Source: an uncultured Actinomycetota bacterium (lineage in GTDB: Bacteria > Actinomycetota > Actinomycetes > Mycobacteriales > Jatrophihabitantaceae). Taken from it: a stretch of 64,000 nt of DNA. The notes below the pieces were generated by a model, which saw only the letters and a program-made list of their open reading frames with translations, ran no database searches and was not told the origin of the DNA. Made by a program: the position numbers and the translations under genes. The stretch spans positions 20,825 to 84,824 of the forward strand of contig CAWELM010000005.1 in the NCBI GenBank assembly GCA_963809815.1, written 5' to 3'. This document shows positions 30,472 through 39,665 of this stretch, in pieces; within the stretch, counting starts at the first letter, position 1; every line of letters starts with the position of its first letter.

Positions 30472-31630
30472 CGATGCCCGTGAGCGCCTGCCCGAGAACG
30501 AGCGTGTGCACCTCGTGCGTGCCTTCGTAGGTGTACACGGTCTCGAGGTTAAGGGCATGGCGGAGTACCGGGTATTCCGTCGTGATACCGCTCCCGCCGA
30601 GGATGCTGCGCGCCTCCCGGCAGATCTCCAATGCCGCCCGGACGTTAGCGAACTTGCCGAAACTCACCTGCTGCGACGTAAGGCGCCCGGCATCCTTCAG
30701 CTCGGCCAGTCGCCGCGCGGTGAGCTCGGCCTGGTTCAACGACACGGCGAGCTCGGCGAGCTTGCGTTGCGTCAACTGAAAGCCTGCGATGGGCCGCCCG
30801 AACTGGGTCCGGGTTCCGGCGTAGTCGAGCGTGGCGGCCAACGCGTCGCGCGCGGCTCCGGTTACTCCGCACACGATCCCGAAGCGGGCCTCGGACAGGC
30901 AAGCTAGTGGCGCCCGAAGTCCGGCTGCTTCAGGCAGCTGCGCGTCGCCCGGTAGCCGGACCTCGTCGAAATGCAGTGAGCTCGTCACCGACGCCCGCAG
31001 CGAGAGCTTGTGATGCACGTCCGCAACGCCGAAGCCAGCCGTCCCCGGTTCGACGAGGAAGCCGCGAATACCGTCGTCGGTTCGGGCCCACACCACGGCG
31101 ATGTCGGCGACCGAACCGTTGGTGATCCACATCTTCGATCCGTTGAGCACCCAGTCCGACCCGTCACGCACCGCGCGGGTGCGCATCGAGCCGGGATCGG
31201 ATCCGGAGTCGGCCTCGGTCAGGCCGAAGCACCCAATTGCTTCGCCCGCAGCCATGCGGGGCAGCCAGCGCTGTTTTTGTTCTTCGCTGCCGTAGGCGTA
31301 GATCGCATACATGGCGAGCGAGCCCTGCACGCTGATCAGCGACCGCAGCCCGCTGTCCACGGCCTCGACTTCCGCGCAGACCAGCCCGTACTGGGCCGCC
31401 GTAGAGCCTTGGCAGCCGTAGCCGGACAGGTGCATGCCAAGAAGGCCGAGCTCGCCGAAGTCGCGGGCTAGCTCTCGTGCGGGCAGGGTGCCAGCCTCGT
31501 ACCAGTCTCGGATGTTCGGCCGGAGCCGGTCGTCGGCGAACTTGCGCACGGTGTCACGGAGCAGTCGATTGTCGTCGGACAGATCGGCATCGAGGCCGAG
31601 CAGGTCCAGGCGATCCAGCGCATCAGTCAT
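30458..31630 (-). CDS. acyl-CoA dehydrogenase (glutaryl-CoA dehydrogenase-like)
   Basis: Contains GCFGLTEADSGSDPGSM, NGSKMWITNG and YEGTHEVHTLVLG. SD ggagga precedes the ATG at 31630. Confidence 0.9.
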   Translation of the reverse strand: MTDALDRLDLLGLDADLSDDNRLLRDTVRKFADDRLRPNIRDWYEAGTLPARELARDFGELGLLGMHLSGYGCQGSTAAQYGLVCAEVEAVDSGLRSLISVQGSLAMYAIYAYGSEEQKQRWLPRMAAGEAIGCFGLTEADSGSDPGSMRTRAVRDGSDWVLNGSKMWITNGSVADIAVVWARTDDGIRGFLVEPGTAGFGVADVHHKLSLRASVTSSLHFDEVRLPGDAQLPEAAGLRAPLACLSEARFGIVCGVTGAARDALAATLDYAGTRTQFGRPIAGFQLTQRKLAELAVSLNQAELTARRLAELKDAGRLTSQQVSFGKFANVRAALEICREARSILGGSGITTEYPVLRHALNLETVYTYEGTHEVHTLVLGQALTGIDAFR

Positions 31631-31635
31631 GAGGA

Positions 31636-31707
31636 GCCGTCCTCCGCGAGCATCGTAGGGAGCACCGCAGCGAGCGTCAGCGAGTGAGGAGCGCTGCGGA
31701 GGACGGC
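31636..31707 (-). promoter_or_regulatory. candidate SD-sequestering leader of acd (12-bp inverted repeat plus competing 8-bp repeat)
   Basis: On the acd mRNA strand, GCCGUCCUCCGC (31707-31696) is complementary to GCGGAGGACGGC (31647-31636), which contains the SD. CCGCAGCG/CGCUGCGG (31692-31699 with 31665-31672) forms an overlapping alternative stem. Confidence 0.4.
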
Positions 31708-31772
31708 GACGGGCAGCACGGTCATGCTGGCAGGTTACGCGGGCGAGTGGGCGCCGAGGTTACTCTGCAACG

Positions 31773-32285
31773 GTGCCGTTGCTGCCGTTCGACCCCATCG
31801 AGCGCGCCGGGGTGCTGTGGGAGAAGCACTCGCCGGGTGAGCCCGCAGAGGTCTACGCAGCCATGCGGGCGGTTACCTCGATCATGCGCGCCCAGCAGGT
31901 GCTGATCGGCGAGCTCGACGGGCTGCTCAAGCCTTACGGCGTCACCTTCAGCCGCTACGAGGCGCTCGTGCTGCTCTCCTTCGCCCGAGACGGGGCCTTG
32001 CCGTTGTCCAAGGTGGGTGAGCGATTGCAAGTCCACGCCACGTCTGTGACCAACGTCATCGACCGGCTCGAGGGTGCGGGCCTCGTCCGACGAGAGCCCA
32101 ACCCGCGCGACGGCCGCGGCATCCTGGCCGTGATCACCGAGGACGGCCGGCGGGTCGCTCGGGAGGCCACCGCCGCATTGAACGAGGCCCACTTCGGGCT
32201 CGGCGCACTCGGCGTCGACGACCTCGACGCGCTGTTCACAATCTTGCGAGGGCTGCGCGTCGATGCCGGCGACTTCGCCGACTAG
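31773..32285 (+). CDS. MarR-family transcriptional regulator
   Basis: Winged-helix region FSRYEALVLLSF...LPLSKVGERLQVHATSVTNVIDRLEGAGLVRREPNPRDGRG. Confidence 0.9.
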   Translation: MPLLPFDPIERAGVLWEKHSPGEPAEVYAAMRAVTSIMRAQQVLIGELDGLLKPYGVTFSRYEALVLLSFARDGALPLSKVGERLQVHATSVTNVIDRLEGAGLVRREPNPRDGRGILAVITEDGRRVAREATAALNEAHFGLGALGVDDLDALFTILRGLRVDAGDFAD

Positions 32286-32303
32286 CAGCCCGAGCGGTAG
32301 CGG

Positions 32304-32333
32304 GCTGCCACGTCGGCTCGCAGACGTGGCAGC
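32304..32333. terminator. 11-bp stem hairpin between convergent marR and the BNR gene
   Basis: The stem gctgccacgtc/gacgtggcagc encloses the loop ggctcgca. An overlapping 8-bp alternative stem is gcagcccg/cgggctgc. Confidence 0.6.
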
Positions 32334-32345
32334 CCATCGCCTCAG

Positions 32346-34088
32346 TTAGGGCGCCGTGGTGAAGCTGAAGATATCCGAGTTGCCGAAGTTCAACGGGCAT
32401 ACCTGCTGGACCGGAGGCGCCGTCGCGGCTTCGCCGTTCTGTAGTGCCTGCCGATACGCGTCGATCGCGGGGCAGTCGGCCGCGTTTCTCGCATCGTTCC
32501 AGACCGCAACGCCGTACGTTCGAGTCGCGGCGGCGTACACATAGTCGCCGAGGAACTCATCGGTTAGGGCGTTCGCACTGCTGCCGCGTGGATCTCCGGG
32601 TTCACCTCGATGCAAGGTGGTGAACGTGCCGGTCGCCCCCGAGCCGCTCGCCGAAGCGTGCATGACGACGCCGACGAGGCTGCGCGGCGTGGCCGTCGTT
32701 GGCTGGAATGGCGTTGTGAATGCGTTGTACACGACGTACACATCCGTGCCGTTGGGTGATATCGCGGGAGCGGTGTAAATGCCGCGGTCACCTGCGGCTT
32801 CGATCGCGCGCGGTGCCGCCCACGTGGCGCCGCGGTCCGTCGACTCGGTGAAGAACACATCCGGCTGAGCGAGCGTGCCGCTCACGTAACTCATCACGAT
32901 GCGGTCCGTCGCCCCCGCACCGGTGGGGGCGCCATTCGCGATGTCCACGCTCGGTGCGGGCGCCAGGTCGCTACGGGCGCCGGCGACGCCGTCGATGACC
33001 GGACTTCCCTGAACCGGATCGAATGCGCCCGGTTGGGTGACCGGCCCAGCGACCGGCCGCTGGCTCGACCACGTCTGGCCGCCATTGGCCGACTGAGACA
33101 GCAACTCGAACGACTGTCCTCCGGCCGAGGACACGGTCCCAACACCGAACACGTAGGCGGTTCCGCGACTGTCCGTGCGGATCGTGCAGCCGTCAGGTGG
33201 GTTTCGCTGGCCGTTGTTGGCCGCCGCGCTGATCTGCCGTTGCGTCCAGGTGCTGCCGCCATCGCGTGATGTAGCAACCTGAAGCGGTGCCGGGACCGCG
33301 TTGCCTTTTTCCTGACCCCGGAAAGCGGCCCAGCACACGTACACCGTGCCGAAGAACGGGCTGCTCTCAGCGTTGTCAGCCCAGACTTGGGACTTGTCGG
33401 AGAACGTGGTGTTCGACTGCCGGGATATGACGACCGGCGGCATCCAGGCGCTCTTGGCGTTGTTCGCCGCCGCGCGCACGTCGTCGGTGCGGGACACGGC
33501 GATCGCCTCGAAGCCCTTGAAGGCCGGAGCCGTGGTCGGGAAGTTGGACGTCAAGTTCGAGTAGTACAAACGGGAACCGTTGGCCCACGAGAAACCGTTC
33601 GGGCCGGGTTTCGGCCCGAAGGCGACGCCAGGATCGCCGTCTGAAACGAGCCCATTCTCGAAGTACCACGGCAATGTGCCGATCGGACCGACGCCGGGCT
33701 GGCAAGGCGAATCGGTGTTTCCGGGCGCGCCTTGGCAGCTGCGCGCGCTCCACCCGGTGTACGTCGGCTGGGTCCAACTGTGGCCGCTGTCGAAGGAGAA
33801 GTAGACGCCGGATACGCCAACTCCGGGCGTGAACGGACAGGTGTTGTCCGTCCCGGCGTTGCAGGCCTCCATGTCGACCTCTTCGTTGACGCCCGCCGCC
33901 AGCACGGTCGGATTCGACTCGTTCACCGCGACCGCCGGCTCGTTCTGTTTGTTCTGCGAGAACGGCCCCGGTGGGCTCCCTACTGTCACCAGTGCCTCGC
34001 CAGGGGATTGCGCGGTGGCGATTCCCGGTAGGGCGACGCCGACTGCGGCAACTGCAGCAATCGCCAGAATGGACAACCGTCGAAGCAT
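32346..34088 (-). CDS. secreted BNR/Asp-box repeat protein (sialidase-fold beta-propeller)
   Basis: Signal peptide MLRRLSILAIAAVAAVGVALPGIATAQ. Four SxDxGxTW Asp-boxes: SFDSGHSWTQ, SRDGGSTWTQ, SANGGQTWSS, STDRGATWAA. SD gaggag precedes the ATG at 34088. Confidence 0.8.
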   Translation of the reverse strand: MLRRLSILAIAAVAAVGVALPGIATAQSPGEALVTVGSPPGPFSQNKQNEPAVAVNESNPTVLAAGVNEEVDMEACNAGTDNTCPFTPGVGVSGVYFSFDSGHSWTQPTYTGWSARSCQGAPGNTDSPCQPGVGPIGTLPWYFENGLVSDGDPGVAFGPKPGPNGFSWANGSRLYYSNLTSNFPTTAPAFKGFEAIAVSRTDDVRAAANNAKSAWMPPVVISRQSNTTFSDKSQVWADNAESSPFFGTVYVCWAAFRGQEKGNAVPAPLQVATSRDGGSTWTQRQISAAANNGQRNPPDGCTIRTDSRGTAYVFGVGTVSSAGGQSFELLSQSANGGQTWSSQRPVAGPVTQPGAFDPVQGSPVIDGVAGARSDLAPAPSVDIANGAPTGAGATDRIVMSYVSGTLAQPDVFFTESTDRGATWAAPRAIEAAGDRGIYTAPAISPNGTDVYVVYNAFTTPFQPTTATPRSLVGVVMHASASGSGATGTFTTLHRGEPGDPRGSSANALTDEFLGDYVYAAATRTYGVAVWNDARNAADCPAIDAYRQALQNGEAATAPPVQQVCPLNFGNSDIFSFTTAP

Positions 34089-34244
34089 CGTTGCTCCTCT
34101 CGCTGCTTGGTGGGGCCGTCCAGTCGTCGGACGCAAGCTCATCGTCGGTCCGATGTGCGGCCCAGACAAGAGGTAATAACCCTCCGCTTCACCCCAGGAT
34201 CTCGGCAGAGGCTGCGACCATGAAGGTCGTGAACGGTCTTGGAG

Positions 34245-35324
34245 TCACTGCTCCGGGACGACGACAAGTCCAAGATCATCAGCCGCATCTTGCGTGACCG
34301 CCGGCGCGAGTGTGCGGATCGTGCGCTCGATCGGATCGACCCGGGCTCGCACGCCCAGCGGAAGCACCCCCATCGGCGAGCTATGGCCGTAGTCGAGATT
34401 GGCAACGATCACGAGGTCAGCTCGACCCCATTCGGCCAGCACCCGCTGGACCCGATCCCACAGCTCGAACATCCGTTGCAGCGTGTACGTCTCCGGCCGG
34501 GACAGCAGCAGCGCGCCGAGTCGGCCGAGAATGCCGGTGGCGCCGTAGTTCTGCAGCCACAACTCCACCGTGTACGGCGCCGGTGCTTCCTCCGAAAGCT
34601 CCAACAGAAGAATCGCGCCGTCCCACGTCGATGGCGGCGGCCAGATGGCAGTGCCCTTCACGGTTTCGAGCGTGTCGGCGCAGCCGCCGATGAGCTCACC
34701 TTCGACTGGTTCGGTGCCCTGTAGCCACGCCCAGCCTGGGTTCGGCCACCAGCGGCGGCGACGACTGGCGAGCAGCGGGTTGGCCCAGTCCAACCGCTCA
34801 TCGGTCCATTCCGGGGCCGCCCGCAATTGAAGTGGTTCGGACCGGAACAGCGCATCGCGCACACATTCCTCGACGTAAGGATGGATGCCACCGTTCTCGG
34901 CGAACGCGGTCAGCAAGCTCGGGCCATAAAACGACACGACACCCGCGACGCGATTGGCGAGATGCTGCACGGTCGTGTCCGAGAAGCCCATGAAAACCTT
35001 GGGATGGTCGCGGATCATGTCGAAGTCGAGGTACGGGATCATGCGGATCGAGTCATCGCCGCCAATGCTGGTCAGGATGCCCGCCACGGCATTCTCGGCG
35101 AGGGCCCAATGCAGGTCATCGGCCCGCGCTCGCGGATTAGCCCGCAGGAACGCGTCGTCTCGGCGGGCGTTGGGCGCGTCGACAACGTGCACGTCGAAGG
35201 TCTGCTCTAGTTGACGGATGCCGGCGTCGTGGCGGTGCGGGACAGCGGCGCTGACACCTGCAGACAGCGACACGATGGCCACGGTGTCACCCGCGCGCAA
35301 GGCGGGAGGAGAGATCAACGACAT
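34245..35324 (-). CDS. LD-carboxypeptidase (peptidase S66, MccF/LdcA-like)
   Basis: Contains LRAGDTVAIVSLSAG, the nucleophile region VFMGFSDTT, and the C-terminal VIVANLDYGHSSP. ATG 35324 was chosen to avoid a divergent-start overlap. Confidence 0.8.
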   Translation of the reverse strand: MSLISPPALRAGDTVAIVSLSAGVSAAVPHRHDAGIRQLEQTFDVHVVDAPNARRDDAFLRANPRARADDLHWALAENAVAGILTSIGGDDSIRMIPYLDFDMIRDHPKVFMGFSDTTVQHLANRVAGVVSFYGPSLLTAFAENGGIHPYVEECVRDALFRSEPLQLRAAPEWTDERLDWANPLLASRRRRWWPNPGWAWLQGTEPVEGELIGGCADTLETVKGTAIWPPPSTWDGAILLLELSEEAPAPYTVELWLQNYGATGILGRLGALLLSRPETYTLQRMFELWDRVQRVLAEWGRADLVIVANLDYGHSSPMGVLPLGVRARVDPIERTIRTLAPAVTQDAADDLGLVVVPEQ

Positions 35325-35374
35325 GAGGCGAGCGTGCCGTGCCTTCGTACTCACAGCAACCCGGGAGTAACGCA

Positions 35375-36277
35375 GTGATGGGACCGGCCCTGTCGCCCAC
35401 GCTTCCCGCCCACGCGTCGGGAACGTTCACTATTGGCGAGCGGACCGTCCACCGGCTCGGGTTCGGCACGATGAGATTGACCGGACCCGGTATCTGGGGT
35501 GAGCCGGTCGACCGTGACGAATGCGTGGCCGTCGTGCGCCGTGCGGTCGAGCTTGGTGTCGATCTCATCGATACCGCAGATTCGTACGGGCCCGCGGTCA
35601 GCGAGGACATCATCCGCGAAGCGCTGCATCCCTATCCGTCGCACGTGCTCATCGCCAGCAAGGCCGGCCTGGTCCGAACCGGCCCGGATGCGTGGTTCCC
35701 GGTCGGGCGACCCAGGTACTTGCGTCAGCAGGCGGAAATGTCACTGCGCCGGCTTCGCCTGGACTGCATTCCGCTCTTTCAACTGCATCGCGTCGATGAG
35801 CAAGTCCCGCTCACGGATTCGCTCGGCGCTCTCATCGAGCTTCGGGATGAGGGAAAGATCGAGGCTATCGGCTTGTCCGAGGTCGGAATCGCGGAGATCG
35901 AGCAGGCTCGGGCAATCACGCCAATCGCCACGGTGCAGAACCTCTACAACCTCATGCACCGACGGTCGGATCCCGTTGTCGACTACTGCGCCTCGAACGG
36001 CATCGGGTTCATCCCGTGGTATCCGATCGGGAGTGGACGCCTCGCGGCGACCCACGGCCGCCTCGATCACCTCCTGCGCGCCGCCGATGGGACACCCGCG
36101 CAAGTGGCGCTGGCGTGGCTACTCGCACGCTCGGAGGTGATCCTGCCCATTCCGGGTACGTCCCAGGTGTCACACCTGGAGGAGAACGTCCACGCGGCTC
36201 AGATCAGCCTGACCGACGACCAAGTGGCCGAGCTGACAGCCGCGGGCGCACCGCACCGAAGCCGCCATCCCGTGTGA
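35375..36277 (+). CDS. aldo/keto reductase
   Basis: Contains LGFGTMRLTG, IDTADSYG, LFQLHRVD and IPGTSQVSHLEEN. The start is GTG 35375 or ATG 35378, after gggag. Confidence 0.88.
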   Translation: MMGPALSPTLPAHASGTFTIGERTVHRLGFGTMRLTGPGIWGEPVDRDECVAVVRRAVELGVDLIDTADSYGPAVSEDIIREALHPYPSHVLIASKAGLVRTGPDAWFPVGRPRYLRQQAEMSLRRLRLDCIPLFQLHRVDEQVPLTDSLGALIELRDEGKIEAIGLSEVGIAEIEQARAITPIATVQNLYNLMHRRSDPVVDYCASNGIGFIPWYPIGSGRLAATHGRLDHLLRAADGTPAQVALAWLLARSEVILPIPGTSQVSHLEENVHAAQISLTDDQVAELTAAGAPHRSRHPV

Positions 36278-36303
36278 CGTTGCCCCGTTTCGATGGCAGA
36301 TAG

Positions 36304-36322
36304 TAGGACGTCCTAGTAATCT
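36304..36322 (+). promoter_or_regulatory. 12-bp perfect palindrome TAGGACGTCCTA overlapping a TANNNT -10-like hexamer just upstream of icmA
   Basis: taggacgtccta lies at 36304-36315. taatct lies at 36317-36322, 6 nt before the A of the icmA ATG, and no SD is present. Confidence 0.4.
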
Positions 36323-36328
36323 GGCGCC

Positions 36329-37996
36329 ATGGATGCCGGTGACATCGAGGCGGGCCGCGCCCGCTGGCAGCAGCGCTACGACGCGTCGGCGAAGCGCGAT
36401 CGGGACTACACGACCCTGTCCGGAACGGAGGTCGAGCCGCTTTACGGGCCGACGGGTGCCGATGACCGGTTCGAACGTATCGGCTGGCCGGGGGAGTACC
36501 CGTTCACGCGAGGAATTCACGCGACGGGCTACCGGGGCAAGCCGTGGACGATCCGGCAGTTCGCCGGGTTCGGGAACGCGGAGCAGACCAACGAGCGCTA
36601 CAAGATGATCCTCGCCGAGGGCGCCGGCGGGCTGTCGGTTGCCTTCGACATGCCCACGCTCATGGGCCGCGATTCCGACGATCCGCGCTCGCTCGGCGAG
36701 GTTGGGCACTGCGGGGTCGCGATCGATTCCGCCGCGGACATGGACGTGCTGTTCGACGGTATTGACCTCGCCGCGACGACCACCTCGATGACGATCTCCG
36801 GTCCCGCGGTACCGATCTTCTGCATGTATATGGTGGCGGCGGAACGGCAGGGCGCCGATATCAGCCAGCTGAACGGGACCCTGCAGACCGACATCTTCAA
36901 GGAGTACATCGCGCAGAAGGAGTGGATCTATCCGCCTGAGCCGCACCTGAAGCTCATCGGTGACCTGATGGAGTTCGTAGGCACCGAGGTGCCCGCTTAC
37001 AAGCCGTTGTCCGTCTCGGGTTACCACATCCGGGAGGCGGGTGCGACGGCGGCGCAGGAGCTGGCATTCACGCTGGCCGACGGATTCGGCTACGTCGAGC
37101 TGGGCCTATCCCGCGGGCTGGACCTCGAGCAGTTCGCTCCCGGCTTGTCGTTCTTCTTCGACGCCCACATCGATTTCTTCGAAGAGATAGCAAAGTTCCG
37201 CGCCGCTCGCCGCATTTGGGCGCGGTGGATGCGCGATGTGTACGGCGCTCGGACCGCACGGGCGCAGTGGCTGCGGTTCCACACCCAGACGGCTGGCGTC
37301 TCGCTGACTGCGCAGCAGCCGGACAACAACATCGTTCGCACCGCCGTCGAGGCCATGGCCGCGGTACTCGGTGGCACGAACTCGCTGCACACCAATGCCC
37401 TCGACGAGGTACTCGCGCTGCCCTCAGGGAAAGCCGCGCAGATCGCACTTCGCACCCAGCAGGTGATCGCCGAGGAAACCGGTGTGCTCAACGTGGTCGA
37501 TCCGCTCGGTGGCTCCTGGTACGTCGAAGCCGAGACGGATCGCATCGAGGCGGACGCCGAACGCATCTTCGCGCAGATCCGAGATCTCGGGTCTGACGGC
37601 ACGATGACGTCCGGGTTACTGCGGGGCATCGAGGACGGTTGGTTCATCACCGCGATCGCCGACTCTGCGTTCGCGTACCAGCAAGAGCTGGAGAAGGGCG
37701 AGAAGCGCGTGGTGGGGGTGAACACGCTCACCGGCGACGTCAGCGACGAGCTGGAGATCCTGCGGGTCTCGCATGAAGTCGAGTTGGCCCAGCGTCAGCT
37801 GGTCGCCGATCGGCGTCGCGCCCGCGACCGGGCAGCGGTGGATGTGGCTCTCACCGGGATGGTCGAGGCGGCCCGTTCCGATCGCAACATCGTCCCGCCC
37901 ATGCTCGAGGCCGTGCGCGCGGAGGCCACGCTGGGCGAGATCTGCGACGCGTTCCGGCCGCTGTGGGGCGAGTACCGGGAGCCGGTGCGCTTCTAG
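36329..37996 (+). CDS. icmA: isobutyryl-CoA mutase large subunit (no B12-binding domain)
   Basis: WTIRQFAGFGNAEQTNERYKMIL carries Phe in place of the MCM Tyr. LQTDIFKEYIAQKEW carries Gln in place of the MCM Arg. Both are ICM-type substitutions. It is close to the Streptomyces IcmA sequence as I remember it. Confidence 0.85.
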   Translation: MDAGDIEAGRARWQQRYDASAKRDRDYTTLSGTEVEPLYGPTGADDRFERIGWPGEYPFTRGIHATGYRGKPWTIRQFAGFGNAEQTNERYKMILAEGAGGLSVAFDMPTLMGRDSDDPRSLGEVGHCGVAIDSAADMDVLFDGIDLAATTTSMTISGPAVPIFCMYMVAAERQGADISQLNGTLQTDIFKEYIAQKEWIYPPEPHLKLIGDLMEFVGTEVPAYKPLSVSGYHIREAGATAAQELAFTLADGFGYVELGLSRGLDLEQFAPGLSFFFDAHIDFFEEIAKFRAARRIWARWMRDVYGARTARAQWLRFHTQTAGVSLTAQQPDNNIVRTAVEAMAAVLGGTNSLHTNALDEVLALPSGKAAQIALRTQQVIAEETGVLNVVDPLGGSWYVEAETDRIEADAERIFAQIRDLGSDGTMTSGLLRGIEDGWFITAIADSAFAYQQELEKGEKRVVGVNTLTGDVSDELEILRVSHEVELAQRQLVADRRRARDRAAVDVALTGMVEAARSDRNIVPPMLEAVRAEATLGEICDAFRPLWGEYREPVRF

Positions 37997-38046
37997 CTCC
38001 GCTAGCTCCGCCGAGGACGCCTGGGCGAGTCTCCTAGGATGCCCGC

Positions 38047-38616
38047 GTGACTACCAGCGTGATCGATTTTGAGGTGTCGAAGACCGCCATCGACGGTTTG
38101 CTTGTGCTGTCCATGAAGCAGGTCAGCGATGAGCGCGGCACTATTCGGGAATTCTTCCGGGAGAGCGGCCTGCAGGAGGCCGGTGTCGACGCCGGGCCGT
38201 GGCGACAGATCAACGTGACGCAAACTCGGCAGGGGACGATCCGGGGCCTGCATGGCGAGGCGATGACAAAGCTCGTCGCCATCGTGTCCGGCGAGGCCTT
38301 CGGCGCGTACGTTGACACCCGACCGGATTCGTCGACGGCCGGCGCGGTCGCCACGGTGCGACTCGTGCCGGGAACCCAGGTTCTGGTGCCCGCGGGCGTG
38401 TGCAATGGCTTCCAGTCGGTGAGCGCCGAACCGACGCAATATCTGTATTGCTTCGATACCGAATGGGCACCAGGCATGGCCGGGGTGGCCGTCAATCCCT
38501 TCGACGCTCCGCTCGGCATCAACTGGCCGATTCCGATTGACCGGGAAGACCGGTCTTTGCTGTCCGCGAAGGATGCGGCCGCGCCGGCCCTCGCCGAAGT
38601 GCTCGCCCGTAGCTGA
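38047..38616 (+). CDS. dTDP-4-dehydrorhamnose 3,5-epimerase-family cupin
   Basis: Contains DERGTIREFF, RGLHGE and VLVPAGVCNGFQ..YLYCFD, typical of RmlC-like epimerases. Confidence 0.8.
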   Translation: MTTSVIDFEVSKTAIDGLLVLSMKQVSDERGTIREFFRESGLQEAGVDAGPWRQINVTQTRQGTIRGLHGEAMTKLVAIVSGEAFGAYVDTRPDSSTAGAVATVRLVPGTQVLVPAGVCNGFQSVSAEPTQYLYCFDTEWAPGMAGVAVNPFDAPLGINWPIPIDREDRSLLSAKDAAAPALAEVLARS

Positions 38617-38657
38617 ACAGCGGCGGGCACCAGGCTGCGTCTGGGACACTGGAGCAC

Positions 38658-39611
38658 ATGACTGCTGCGAACCGTCGTCGTCCCCCCGCGTCTGCGCCCG
38701 CGATGGCGGCCGCCATGTCCGGAGCCGTCGACCTGGCGGCCGTGAAGGCCCGCTCGGAAGCAGCCGCGCGCGCCGCGGACAACGCCACTCCGGCGCCTGG
38801 TGGCTCCGTCGTCGAAGTGACCGAGGCGACCTTCCAGGCCGAGGTGATCGATCGATCATTCCAGGTGCCGGTGCTCATCGACTTGTGGGCCGACTGGTGC
38901 CAACCGTGCAAACAGCTCTCGCCCATCCTGGAGCGGCTCGCCGCCGAGGCCGGCGGCACATGGATTCTGGCCAAGATCGACGTGGACGCCAACCCGCGCA
39001 TCTCGCAGGCATTGCAGGTCCAGAGCATCCCGACCGTCTTCGCGGCGATCGGTGGACAGCTGGTCCCTGGTTTCCAGGGTGCCTTGCCTGAACCGCAGGT
39101 TCGGGAGTTCGTAGACGCACTGGTCAAGGCCGCCTCGCAGGCGGGACTCAGCGGCGCGGTCCCAGATGCCATTGACGAGGCAACGTCAGCCGAGGTGCCC
39201 GTGGACCCGCGATTCAGCGAGGCGGAAGCCGCGCTCGAAGCCGGTCAGTTCGACCTAGCCGCGAAGCGCTACCAGGCCATCCTCGACGCCGAGCCGGCAA
39301 ACACCGAGGCGGCACTCGCCCTGCGCCAGGTGCGGCTGTTGGAGCGACTCCAGGACATCGATCCCAAGCTGGTGGCCCGGGCTGAGACCGCACCGGACGA
39401 CGTGCCGGCCCAGCTTGCTGCCGCCGACTATGCGCTCTCGCGCAGCGACGTCGATGGCGCGCTGGGCCGGTTGCTCGGCCTCGTCCGCAGAGTGAGCGGT
39501 GCTGATCGGGATGCCGTACGAGAGCGCCTCATCGAGTACTTCGACCTACTGGGCCCGGACGACCCCCGTGTCGCACCCGCGCGGCGCGCCCTCGCCAACG
39601 CTTTGTTCTAA
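38658..39611 (+). CDS. thioredoxin-domain plus TPR-like protein (YbbN-type co-chaperone)
   Basis: The thioredoxin motif WADWCQPCKQL is followed by a helical repeat C-terminal half. Confidence 0.85.
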   Translation: MTAANRRRPPASAPAMAAAMSGAVDLAAVKARSEAAARAADNATPAPGGSVVEVTEATFQAEVIDRSFQVPVLIDLWADWCQPCKQLSPILERLAAEAGGTWILAKIDVDANPRISQALQVQSIPTVFAAIGGQLVPGFQGALPEPQVREFVDALVKAASQAGLSGAVPDAIDEATSAEVPVDPRFSEAEAALEAGQFDLAAKRYQAILDAEPANTEAALALRQVRLLERLQDIDPKLVARAETAPDDVPAQLAAADYALSRSDVDGALGRLLGLVRRVSGADRDAVRERLIEYFDLLGPDDPRVAPARRALANALF

Positions 39612-39665
39612 AGCTGAGGGCAGCGCGCGGGCGGCAGGTCTCAGGTCTCGAGCTGAGCCAGCCGC

